Below, piece by piece: positions 38,047 to 47,600 of a stretch of DNA of 64,000 nucleotides. Where the stretch lies: contig CAZOLO010000001.1 of assembly GCA_964581035.1 (NCBI GenBank), forward strand, positions 7,190-71,189, in the 5' to 3' direction. The translations under genes and the position numbers were made by a program. Below the pieces are notes generated by a model. It had not been told where the DNA came from, searched no databases, and saw nothing but the letters and a program-made list of their open reading frames with translations. The DNA comes from an uncultured Candidatus Saccharibacteria bacterium (GTDB lineage: Bacteria; Patescibacteriota; Minisyncoccia; Phycocordibacterales; CSBR16-119). Position 1 is the first letter of the stretch; each line of letters opens with the position of its first letter.

Positions 38047-39243
38047 ATGAAAGATAAACAAATTGAGAAACTCCTAAAAAGTGAAAAGGCAAGACAGAAG
38101 AAAGTTATAAACCTTGTCGCTTCTGAGAACTACGTATCCAAAGATGTTATGGAGGCTCTAGGGTCCGAATTTACAAACAAGTATTCAGAAGGGTACTCAG
38201 GCGCAAGATACTATGGAGGTAACGAATTTATGGACAAGGTTGAAGATTTAGCACAAGAGCGAGCGCTGAAATTATTTAAACTATCAAAATCAAAATGGCA
38301 CGTGAATGTTCAGGCCCTTTCTGGGGCCCCAGCCAACATGGCTGTTTTCTCTGCTATCGTTCCATACGGAGCGAAGATTATGGGTATGACGCTGGATTCT
38401 GGTGGACATCTTTCTCATGGGTATAAAGTTTCAATAACAGGAAAGATGTGGAAGCAGGTTCCATACTCAGTAGATCCAGATACAGAAAAATTAAATTACG
38501 ATGCAATAATGAGAATTGCACTAAAGGAAAAACCAAAGATGATTGTCGCTGGTTTCTCTGCATATTCAAGAAAGGTTAATTGGAAGAAATTTCGAGAAAT
38601 CGCAGATGCTTGTGGGTCGATTCTAATGGTAGACATGGCACATATTGCAGGGCTTGTTGCCGGTGGGGCACACTCGAGCCCATTCCTACATGCTGATTTG
38701 GTGACAACAACGGTTCACAAAACTCTTCGTGGTCCAAGAGCAGCTCTTATTTTTTCTAGAAAAGATAAATCAGATTATTCAGAAAAAATAGACAAATCTG
38801 TTTTTCCTGGTATGCAGGGTGGACCACACATGAATCAAGTTTTAGCTACAGCTGTTGCCTTGGGCGAGGCTATGAAGTCAGACTTTAAAAAGTATGCTGA
38901 ACAAACTATTAAAAATGCAAAGGCTCTTAGTGATGAATTAAAGAATTTAGGCTGGAGAATTGTTTCCGGTGGAACTGATAACCATATAGTTTTGGTGGAT
39001 GTTTGGAGTACTTTAAATATTGGTGGTAAAGAGGTGAGTGAGGTGCTGGAGAGAAATAATATAATTGTAAACAAAAACCAAATACCCTATGACACAAAAA
39101 GTCCGGTCAACCCTTCTGGTGTTAGGCTTGGATCCCCAGCAGAAACTACACGAGGAAAAAAAGAAAAGGATTTTGCGGCTATAGCAAAAAAGATTGATAA
39201 GGTTTTAAGAGACTATGCTGATAAAAATAAAAAAACTTCATAA
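38047..39243 (+). CDS. glyA: serine hydroxymethyltransferase
   Basis: VTTTVHKTLRGPR PLP-Lys motif; overall SHMT pattern. Confidence 0.9.
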   Translation: MKDKQIEKLLKSEKARQKKVINLVASENYVSKDVMEALGSEFTNKYSEGYSGARYYGGNEFMDKVEDLAQERALKLFKLSKSKWHVNVQALSGAPANMAVFSAIVPYGAKIMGMTLDSGGHLSHGYKVSITGKMWKQVPYSVDPDTEKLNYDAIMRIALKEKPKMIVAGFSAYSRKVNWKKFREIADACGSILMVDMAHIAGLVAGGAHSSPFLHADLVTTTVHKTLRGPRAALIFSRKDKSDYSEKIDKSVFPGMQGGPHMNQVLATAVALGEAMKSDFKKYAEQTIKNAKALSDELKNLGWRIVSGGTDNHIVLVDVWSTLNIGGKEVSEVLERNNIIVNKNQIPYDTKSPVNPSGVRLGSPAETTRGKKEKDFAAIAKKIDKVLRDYADKNKKTS

Positions 39244-39643
39244 GGAAGCAAAGCTACCAACCTATGGTCACCCTGGTGATGCAGGTATGGATATTTATGC
39301 ATTAGCAGAAACTGCTGTTCCTGCTAATGGAACTAGTAAAATAAAAACAGGAATTGCAATTGAGATCCCAGAAGGCTACGTGGCTCTTTGTTGGGATAAA
39401 TCTGGACTCTCTTTAAATGAAGGAATAAAGGTTATTGGGGGAGTGTTTGACTCAGGGTACAGAGGTGAATACATCGTTGGAGTTTATAATATGAAAGATG
39501 AACCTTTTGTTTTTGGAAAAGGGCAAAAAATTATGCAAGTTCTGGTACAACCCGTTGTGGCTGGAGAGATATTGGAAGTGGATGAATTATCAGAGTCCTC
39601 TGGAAGGGGGGAATCCGGCAGAGGAAGCACTGGGTTACACTAA
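39215..39643 (+). CDS. dut: dUTP diphosphatase
   Basis: GDAGMDIYA, DSGYRGE and RGESGRGSTG motifs; overlaps the glyA 3' end by 29 nt. Confidence 0.85.
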   Translation: MLIKIKKLHKEAKLPTYGHPGDAGMDIYALAETAVPANGTSKIKTGIAIEIPEGYVALCWDKSGLSLNEGIKVIGGVFDSGYRGEYIVGVYNMKDEPFVFGKGQKIMQVLVQPVVAGEILEVDELSESSGRGESGRGSTGLH

Positions 39644-39699
39644 GACTTGCAAAGGCAGGTCTTTTTTATTAATGTAAGAAAAAACATAGATCTTGCAAT

Positions 39700-40263
39700 A
39701 TGTCACATTACTCAAAAATTCTTTTTGATCCAAAAAATAATAAGTTTTGTTTAGAACCTGAAGGTAGGGATAACCCTCCAAATATTACCGATGAGATGTT
39801 AGATACAGCCTCTAGGATACTTAATGTCATTCATAATGTTCTCGGTATTAAACCTGAAGACGTTCTGATAAAGACTAGAAAAAGAGAGATCACTGAGGCT
39901 AGGTATAACTTTTTTGCAATGATGAGATTCTCATTTTCAAAACTCTCATATCAAGAAATAGGGGCCTTTGTAGAAGGAAAGAAAAGTTCTATTGGCATGG
40001 ATCATTCTAGTGTTCATCATGCTGAAATAACTCACAATAATAATTGTGATACTGACTCTCAATATAGAATAAGGGCAAAAGCCATAGAAGATATCTTCAA
40101 AGAAAATGTTCTCCCTGAAGAAGCTCTTCTAAATAGGACTTTCTCTTTCAAGGAGATGAAGGAGGTTCTAATAAGAAATGGTGTACCTAGACCATTTTTC
40201 TCTAGAGAAATGTTTCCTGAGAAATTTGCCATGAAGGTAAAAACATCAGTCAATGAATTATGA
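39700..40263 (+). CDS. DnaA C-terminal-domain-like HTH protein (paralogue 1)
   Basis: KTRKREITEARYNFFAMMRF..SYQEIGAFVEGKKSSIGMDHSSVHHA parallels DnaA domain IV. Confidence 0.45.
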   Translation: MSHYSKILFDPKNNKFCLEPEGRDNPPNITDEMLDTASRILNVIHNVLGIKPEDVLIKTRKREITEARYNFFAMMRFSFSKLSYQEIGAFVEGKKSSIGMDHSSVHHAEITHNNNCDTDSQYRIRAKAIEDIFKENVLPEEALLNRTFSFKEMKEVLIRNGVPRPFFSREMFPEKFAMKVKTSVNEL

Positions 40264-40319
40264 TTAAAGACTTGCAAATGCAAGTTTTTTTTATTAATGT
40301 TGATTAAATTCATAATTAT

Positions 40320-40997
40320 TTGAAAATGTCGAAGAAAAAATTAAACCTAAGATTTCCTGTAATTGAGTATGATTCAGTTAAAAAGGAGTTTATATGGGAG
40401 ACTGTTAAGTCTAGAAGAATTACTAAAGATATCCTTTCTTCAGCACTGAGTCTACTTAATCTTATTTCTGAGATTTCAGATGTTGATGTTGAGGATCTAT
40501 TAAAGACAGGTAGAGAGAGAAGATTTGTTTATGGCAGAAATATTTTCATAGCCTTGATGCGAAAAAGATATCCTGAGATTAGCTATTCAGATATCGGCTC
40601 TTTTTTTGAAGGGGAAACTCTTAATCTTTCAAAGGATCATGCTTCAGTCATTCATGGCCGAAGAACCCACCATCAGCTTCTGAAGAAGAAGATCTGGTAC
40701 AAAGAGAGGTCTCAAAAGATAAGACTTACTTGGGAGCAGGGGTGGCTTACAGATGAAGAAATAGGAAGTCAAAAGTTTTCTATGGACGAGCTGAGGTCTA
40801 TCTTGGAAGGAAATGGTATTGAGTTTTTTGGTGCGAAAAATATACCCACTTCAGAGGAGAAGGAGGATCTACGGTTTAAACCAAAAGAAATTAGAAACCT
40901 TTTAAGGGGTAATGGTGTAATGAATCCTTTGATCACAAAAGGAATGTTGCCCTCAAGGTTTCTTTATGAACCCAAAGGGTTAGAGACGGTCACTTAG
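40320..40997 (+). CDS. DnaA C-terminal-domain-like HTH protein (paralogue 2)
   Basis: GRERRFVYGRNIFIALMRKRYPEISYSDIGSFFEGETLNLSKDHASVIHG; its upstream terminator/leader is duplicated from paralogue 1. Confidence 0.45.
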   Translation: MKMSKKKLNLRFPVIEYDSVKKEFIWETVKSRRITKDILSSALSLLNLISEISDVDVEDLLKTGRERRFVYGRNIFIALMRKRYPEISYSDIGSFFEGETLNLSKDHASVIHGRRTHHQLLKKKIWYKERSQKIRLTWEQGWLTDEEIGSQKFSMDELRSILEGNGIEFFGAKNIPTSEEKEDLRFKPKEIRNLLRGNGVMNPLITKGMLPSRFLYEPKGLETVT

Positions 40998-41039
40998 TTG
41001 GCCGTTTTTTTTATGCTCAGATCGTGATAAAGTAGCAGT

Positions 41040-42716
41040 ATGATAAAAGCATTATTGCAAAAAGAGATTAGCAGAGTAGTGTCTGATATTGGTCTTGAAA
41101 GTGTTCCGGTTGAGCTTTCTCACCCAGCTGATTTTTCTCATGGAGACTATGCTGCAAACACCGCCATGATTCTGGCAAAGAAAGCTGGTAAGAACCCTAT
41201 TGAAGTTGCCGGAGAAATTGTTAATGCTTTAAAAGAAAAAAAGATTGATTTTGTTTCAAAAATAGAAATAGCTGGTCCTGGTTTTATTAATTTTACACTT
41301 ACTCCTGAGTTTTTTGTAAAAGAGACAAAGGAGATTGTCTCAGTGGGGGAGAAGTATGGAGAATCAGAGATACACATAGGAAAGAAGATTCTTGTAGAGC
41401 ACTCAAGTCCCAACTTATTTAAACCTTTTCATATAGGTCATGTTATGAACAATGCTATTGGAGAGTCTATTTCTCGATTGGCAAAGTTCTCTGGAGCTGA
41501 TACAACTGTAATATCATTTCCTTCTGATATTTCTCTTGGTGTAGCTAAAGCGATATTTATTTTACTTGAAGAAGAGGGGGAGAGTTTCATTCCAACAGAT
41601 GTTGCTGTTCTTGGTGATGCATATGTTAAGGGGACAAAGCGATATGAAGAAGATGAATCAGTGCATTTAAGAATAAAGGAGATTGCTGACAATCTATATA
41701 GCAGGAGAGACTCTCCAGAACTAAGAATTTTTGATATATGTAAAAAATTTAATATTGAATACTTTGAAAAAGTTTTAGATAGACTGGGTACAAAAATTGA
41801 TGCATATATATATGAGAGTGAGGCGGGAATAGCTGGTGTTAATCTGGTGGGAGTAAACAAAGATATTTTTACTCAGAGCGACGGAGCTATTGTGTATATC
41901 CCAAGTGAAGATGATAAACACTTAAATACTGCGGTATTTATAAATAGCCAGGGAAATCCAACCTACGAAGCAAAAGACTTAGGTCTTTTGAAATTAAAGT
42001 TTGAGAAATATTCACCAGACTTATCTATCTTCATGACAGACAATCAGCAGATTTCTCACTTTAATGTTGTGTTAGATGCTGCAAAAAAAATAAACCCAGA
42101 GTGGTCAGAAAAAAGCATTCACCGATATCATGGAAGAATGAGTTTTCAAGGAAATAAGATGTCTTCTAGGCTTGGAGGAGTGCCTCTTGCTTCTGACCTT
42201 CTAGATGGTATTCATGAGGAAGTAAATGAGAAGAATAAAGAGGCCGATGAAAAACTGAAAGATCAGATTGCTATTGCCGCCCTGAAATTTACAATTCTAA
42301 AATCTCAAGCAGGTAAAAATATAAACTTTGATCCAGAGACTGATCTATCTTTTGAAGGGGATACTGGGCCATATATTCAATATACTATTGCTAGATGTAA
42401 TTCTGTTTTAGGAAAAGCTAATACCGAAGGTATTAAAGAGTCATTTGAAAAATCAGGAGAGGTGACAGACCTAGAAAGACTACTGTATAGATTCCCGGAG
42501 GTGGTTGAGTCATCTGCGAAAGAATGGGCGCCCCATCACTTGGTGAATTATGGGCTAGAACTTGCTAGAGCTTTCAATAGTTTCTATGGAAACACAAAAT
42601 TAATAGATAAAGATAATCTAGAAACTGGATATAATTTATCGCTAGTAAAGGCAACATCACAGGTTTTGAAAAACACACTTCAAATTCTAGGCATAGAAAG
42701 CCCAGAAAAGATGTAA
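41040..42716 (+). CDS. argS: arginyl-tRNA synthetase
   Basis: PFHIGH class I motif in an ArgS-like context; C-terminal DALR-type domain ending ...SPEKM as in ArgS. Confidence 0.8.
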   Translation: MIKALLQKEISRVVSDIGLESVPVELSHPADFSHGDYAANTAMILAKKAGKNPIEVAGEIVNALKEKKIDFVSKIEIAGPGFINFTLTPEFFVKETKEIVSVGEKYGESEIHIGKKILVEHSSPNLFKPFHIGHVMNNAIGESISRLAKFSGADTTVISFPSDISLGVAKAIFILLEEEGESFIPTDVAVLGDAYVKGTKRYEEDESVHLRIKEIADNLYSRRDSPELRIFDICKKFNIEYFEKVLDRLGTKIDAYIYESEAGIAGVNLVGVNKDIFTQSDGAIVYIPSEDDKHLNTAVFINSQGNPTYEAKDLGLLKLKFEKYSPDLSIFMTDNQQISHFNVVLDAAKKINPEWSEKSIHRYHGRMSFQGNKMSSRLGGVPLASDLLDGIHEEVNEKNKEADEKLKDQIAIAALKFTILKSQAGKNINFDPETDLSFEGDTGPYIQYTIARCNSVLGKANTEGIKESFEKSGEVTDLERLLYRFPEVVESSAKEWAPHHLVNYGLELARAFNSFYGNTKLIDKDNLETGYNLSLVKATSQVLKNTLQILGIESPEKM

Positions 42717-42760
42717 AGAAAAGGTTAAATTTGAATTAACCTTTTCTTTTTATAATCTAT

Positions 42761-43303
42761 TTGATAGAGTCATTTAAAAGAGAACTTATGGAGAAAGAGA
42801 TAATTGATTGTCTAGATTTTGGAGATATATTTGAAATGAATCCACACGGTGATCTGGATACCACAGATAATATTGAATCATTGTTTGCCCATCTTACAGA
42901 AGAGGGTAAATATGATTTACCTCCCAGAACCAAGATCAAGGTCTGGGGGTCAAACGTTAATTGGTCTAGTAAAGAAAATCCTTTTAGGTATAGTTTTGAA
43001 ATGGTTAGAACCCTGGGTCATCTCAAGAGATACTATCTTTCATGGAGCCATATTATTGAGGAATTCAATATTGAGAAGTATTATGATGGACAAGAATGGA
43101 AGATGGCACTTCTTGAGAAAGAAGGGGAAAGACGGACAGCTTTTGGTTTAATGAGAATGATTGGTGACTATAACCGCGCAACTCAATTGGAAGAAGATCA
43201 CAAAAAAGATCTCAAGGAAGCTTACGGTGATAAGAAAAAAATTGAGAAGATTGAGAAAGATTTTAAGAATCGCACTAGTAATCAAATGATGATTATTGGA
43301 TAA
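42761..43303 (+). CDS. hypothetical protein
   Basis: 180-aa ORF. Confidence 0.4.
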   Translation: MIESFKRELMEKEIIDCLDFGDIFEMNPHGDLDTTDNIESLFAHLTEEGKYDLPPRTKIKVWGSNVNWSSKENPFRYSFEMVRTLGHLKRYYLSWSHIIEEFNIEKYYDGQEWKMALLEKEGERRTAFGLMRMIGDYNRATQLEEDHKKDLKEAYGDKKKIEKIEKDFKNRTSNQMMIIG

Positions 43304-43358
43304 AGCCCTTACGGGCTTTTTTAGTTTTTATATTCAGAATAGGTCTATATTGAAGGTG

Positions 43359-43387
43359 TTGACACATAAAAATCAAGATGCTATCCT
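43359..43387 (+). promoter_or_regulatory. sigma70-like promoter TTGACA-N17-TATCCT
   Basis: Upstream of the ORF at 43415. Confidence 0.4.
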
Positions 43388-43414
43388 ATCGACCTAACTA
43401 AATTTGTACATTAC

Positions 43415-43930
43415 ATGAAGAATTTTAAAGTAGAAGACCTTTTTGGCAATAATCCAGAAGGCAGCCTTTGGGCAGAGTTATTAGCTGTCACAGACAATGA
43501 GGTAGCCAAGATGACCCTTGGTTCACCTGCAGTAGCTGATCACGAAACAGTGGTTGGTGACCTTTCTCTGATTGAGAAAAAACTCATTTTCCTTAACAGG
43601 AAAAAGAAAGATTGGATCAATGCATTGGTTAAAAAATCAGAAAAAGAAAATCTTGATGAGAAAGGTCTTGAGGCTCTCGTAGAAGAGACTCATCCTGTGC
43701 GTCATGATGTTGACGTTCTTGACGAGATAGTATGGAATTTGATCAAGATGAGAATTCCCGCTGCGGCAAGAACTTGCTCAGGTGTCGGATTTCGTGAAGG
43801 CGGGGTGATTGTGACCGGAGTTAAAAGCCAAGAGGAAATGCTCCTTCAAGAGTTTGGGGGAATGCTTTCCGCGATAATTTTCGGGGAAAGAAAAATGAGA
43901 ACAGAGCCAAAAGCGAAAGCTGAAGCTTAA
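43415..43930 (+). CDS. hypothetical protein
   Basis: 171-aa ORF. Confidence 0.4.
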   Translation: MKNFKVEDLFGNNPEGSLWAELLAVTDNEVAKMTLGSPAVADHETVVGDLSLIEKKLIFLNRKKKDWINALVKKSEKENLDEKGLEALVEETHPVRHDVDVLDEIVWNLIKMRIPAAARTCSGVGFREGGVIVTGVKSQEEMLLQEFGGMLSAIIFGERKMRTEPKAKAEA

Positions 43931-43952
43931 CAATACAGGTTTGGTGTGAGTA

Positions 43953-43986
43953 CGAAGGGTGACCGTTGGTCACCCTTTTTTATTTG
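43953..43986 (+). terminator. rho-independent terminator
   Basis: gggtgaccgttggtcaccc + T7. Confidence 0.65.
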
Positions 43987-44001
43987 AACAATTAAATAAA
44001 A

Positions 44002-44027
44002 AAAGAGCCGCTCAATTGAGCGGCTCT
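44002..44027 (-). terminator. terminator for the minus-strand gene
   Basis: agagccgctcaattgagcggctct with an A-run on plus (T-run on minus). Confidence 0.55.
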
Positions 44028-44037
44028 TCATCTTCAT

Positions 44038-44358
44038 TTATTTATTAAGAAACTCAGCTAGACCTGCAAAAGGGGAATCAACATCACCCTCCTTTTTGTC
44101 TGTGTAGGCTACGCGAAATGTTTTGGTTTCATTAAACAGATCTCCAAATACAGCTGTGTCAGCATGTTCAATAACGGGTTTTTCTGGCCACTCTCTCTCC
44201 ATCCATTCTATCTCATTTTTGGCATTCTCTCTTGATGCAACGAAGTGACCTTCTGGAGTGGCGTAGTAGCCGGCACTATTGGGTTTAGGGTTTTCGCGCT
44301 TGGATACTTTGAAAACAAAGTAGTTCCCATTTGCTGTTTGAATCATATTTAGTCTCAT
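44038..44358 (-). CDS. hypothetical protein
   Basis: 106-aa ORF. Confidence 0.4.
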   Translation of the reverse strand: MRLNMIQTANGNYFVFKVSKRENPKPNSAGYYATPEGHFVASRENAKNEIEWMEREWPEKPVIEHADTAVFGDLFNETKTFRVAYTDKKEGDVDSPFAGLAEFLNK

Positions 44359-44469
44359 GTGCTAGGGTTTAAATATTTAGCTCACTATATCACAAATAAA
44401 TGTTATGTCAATATAAGAAATATATAGCCTGAGTTGGGCTTTTTTTATTTAACCATTTTGCTATACTCT

Positions 44470-44668
44470 TATCTACAGGCGTTGAAGGGTCTAATCATCC
44501 CAGAGCTTCGGAAAGAAACCCTTTTAGGGGAGTAGAATTCGACGGTTAAGCCCGATATAGCTGTAATGAGGCCAGACCAATAGGTGAGGCGAAACAAGGT
44601 GGTACCACGAGAAGAAGCTCGTCCTTGGGTTATGACATTTGTTGTAATTCACGGACGAGTTTTTTAAT
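44470..44668 (+). promoter_or_regulatory. T-box riboswitch leader (probable Ile specifier) with intrinsic terminator
   Basis: T-box core aaacaaGGTGGTACCACGag at 44592-44613; terminator ctcgtcc...ggacgag + T6 at 44619-44665; AUC-containing candidate specifier region gggtctAATCAtccc; extended -10 TGcTATACT at 44459-44467; lies directly upstream of ileS. Confidence 0.6.
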
Positions 44669-44686
44669 TAATATATAAATAAAATT

Positions 44687-47600
44687 ATGAGGAATAACGA
44701 AAAAGAAAAATCAGAAGTAGCGCTTCGAGAAGAAGCTGTCTTAAAATTTTGGAAAGAAAATGATATTTTCAAAAAAACGTTAAATAAGCCATCAACAGAA
44801 GGTGAGTTTGTTTTCTATGATGGGCCTCCATATGCAACAGGTCTGCCACACTATGGACACCTTCTTCCTGGAACAATCAAAGACGTAATTCCTAGATACA
44901 AAACAATGAAAGGCTTTTCTGTTCCTCGTCGTTGGGGTTGGGATTGTCATGGATTACCAATTGAAAACTTGATTCAAAAAGAATTGGATCTTCCAACAAA
45001 ACATGATGTTGCGGAATATGGAATAGGAAAGTTCAACGATGCTGCTAGAGCTTCTGTTCTTCGTTATGAAGCTTCTTGGAAGGAATATATTCCAAGAGTG
45101 GGTAGGTTTGTTGATATGGATTATCCATATATGACTATGACACCAGACTTCATGGAAAGTATTTGGTGGGTATTTAAAACACTTCACGATAAAGGTTTGG
45201 TTTATAAAGGGTACAAATCTATGTATGTTTCTCCTCCACTAGAGACCGTACTTTCTAATCAAGAAGTAAACATGGGAGGGTATAAAGATGTCACAGACAT
45301 GTCTGTGACTGCGAAGTTTACATTGAAGGATGGAGGTCATGCTGGTGCGCACATGCTTGCCTGGACAACAACACCATGGACACTTCCAGGAAACGTACTC
45401 TTGGCTGTAGGGTCTGATATTAAATATAATCTAGTTTCTTTGGATGGAGAGAAGTATGTAGTCGGATCGGAATTACTAGAAAAAGTTTTTGAAGGTAAGG
45501 AGTATTCAGTAGAGGGAGAATTAAAAGGGTCCGACTTGGTTGGTTCTACATATGAACCAGTATTTCCATATTATTCTAATCATGAAAATGCATTCCGAGT
45601 AGTGCCTGCTGGTTTTGTAACAACAGAAGACGGAACAGGAATCGTGCACATTGCTCCAGGGTTTGGTCAGGATGATCTAGAGCTTGGACAAAAAGAAAAT
45701 GTAGAACCAATTCAGCATGTCCAGATGGATGGGCACTTTGTGCCAGAGATAAAAAAGGCTTTGGTAGATGAAGGATATGACGTTGCAGATTGGGCCGTTA
45801 GAAATGTTAAAGATCACATGCATGTAGATGTGGAGATTGTGAAGTACTTGGCGCATCATGGAAAGCTTTTTGAAAAGAAAAAATATATTCACAGCTATCC
45901 AATGTGTTGGCGAACAGATTGTCCTTTGATTAATTACGCTACCGATAGTTGGTTTATAGATGTTCAGAAAATAAAAGAGAATTTAATAAAAAATAACAAA
46001 GAAACAAACTGGGTTCCTCAGCATGTTCGTGATGGAAGATTTGGAAAGTGGCTCGAAGATGTTCGTGACTGGTCAGTTTCAAGAAGTAGATTCTGGGGGA
46101 CACCTATTCCTATTTGGCAAAATGAAAATACAAAAGAATATAAAGTTCTTGGGTCTATAGAAGACTTGAGGAAATACTCAGGAGATGCGATCACTAGGGT
46201 TGTATTTGTTAGACATGGAGAGAGTATTAAGAATGTTGAAAATAGAATGAGTAGTGCAATTGATAAGCATCCTCTAACAGAAAAAGGGGATAAGGTTGCT
46301 CATGAGGCTGGAGAAAAATTGAAAGATTTTAATGTTGATGTGATCTACTCATCTCCAGTTCTTAGAGCTAAGCAAACTGCAGAAATAATTGGGGGGTCTC
46401 TAAACATGGACGTTGTCTTTGATGAAGACATTATAGAGATCTCGAGCGGAGAATGGGAGGAAAAAACAATAAATGAAATAAGTGATTTTGATGAGCGTGC
46501 GGATTATTTGAACATGTCTATTGAGGACAGGTATAAAGCAAAGAGAGGAAAGACTGGAGAGTCTTGGGAGGATGTAGAAAAAAGACTGAAACGATTCTTA
46601 GATAGAGTTCAAAAAGAACATCAGGGAAAAACAATTGTTGTGGTTTCTCATATGGGGACAAATACTATGGGTATGAAGATATTAAAAAGTTTAACCAATC
46701 ATCAGGTTGATGCTATCTATACAAACCCTAGATTTACTAGCCATGCTACACCTGTTTCTATTCATACATATTCTGAGACGGGATTAGAGGTGGATCTACA
46801 TCGTCCATTTATAGACGATATTAAGCTTGTAGATGAGGACGGCTCAAACCTAAAGAGGGTAGAAGATGTATTCGATGTGTGGTTTGACTCAGGGTCTATG
46901 CCATATGCTCAGCAACACTTTATGGGAGGCAAAGATATGCCAGATAGATTCCCGGCTGACTTTATTGCAGAAGGGCAGGATCAGACTCGCGGATGGTTCT
47001 ACGTACTTTCTGTTTTAGGTACAGCTTTGTTTGACAAGTTTCCATTTAAGGAGGTTATTGTAAACGGAATGGTCTTAGCAGAAGATGGGAAGAAAATGTC
47101 AAAGAGATTAAAAAACTATCCAGAAATTGATGTCGTTTTGAATAAATATGGAGCTGATGCTCTTAGGTTATTCTTAATGGCTTCTCCGGCTGTTCATGCA
47201 GAAGATGTTAACTTTGTAGAAAAAACAGTTAGCGAGGTTCAAAGCAAAGTCCTAGGTAGGCTTCGAAATGTGGTTGAGTTCTACAAGATGTATGAAAAAG
47301 GAGAAGATGCAAAAAATGATAGTAAAAATATTTTAGACCAATGGATCTTATCTCGACTATCTGAAACTCAAACAGAGATGGAAAAAGGTCTTGAGGGATA
47401 TGAAATAGATAAAGGAGCAAGACCTATATTTGATTTTGTGGATGATTTGTCTACATGGTATGTACGAAGAAGTAGAGATAGGTTTAAAGGAGAAGGGGAA
47501 GATAAAAAATCTTCAATAGAGACAACCCGATTTGTGCTTAGAGAATTCTCAAAATTAATTGCTCCATATATTCCATTTGTAGCAGAAGAAGTTTATAAAG

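Noticed and set aside
41147-41860. Minus-strand ORFs (88 aa, 140 aa) inside argS
   Set aside because: Antisense to a well-supported synthetase gene.
46199-46756. Intein inside ileS
   Set aside because: The insertion begins VVFVRHG and lacks Hint/homing-endonuclease blocks and the C/S/T +1 and terminal HN residues. It matches a histidine-phosphatase fold instead.
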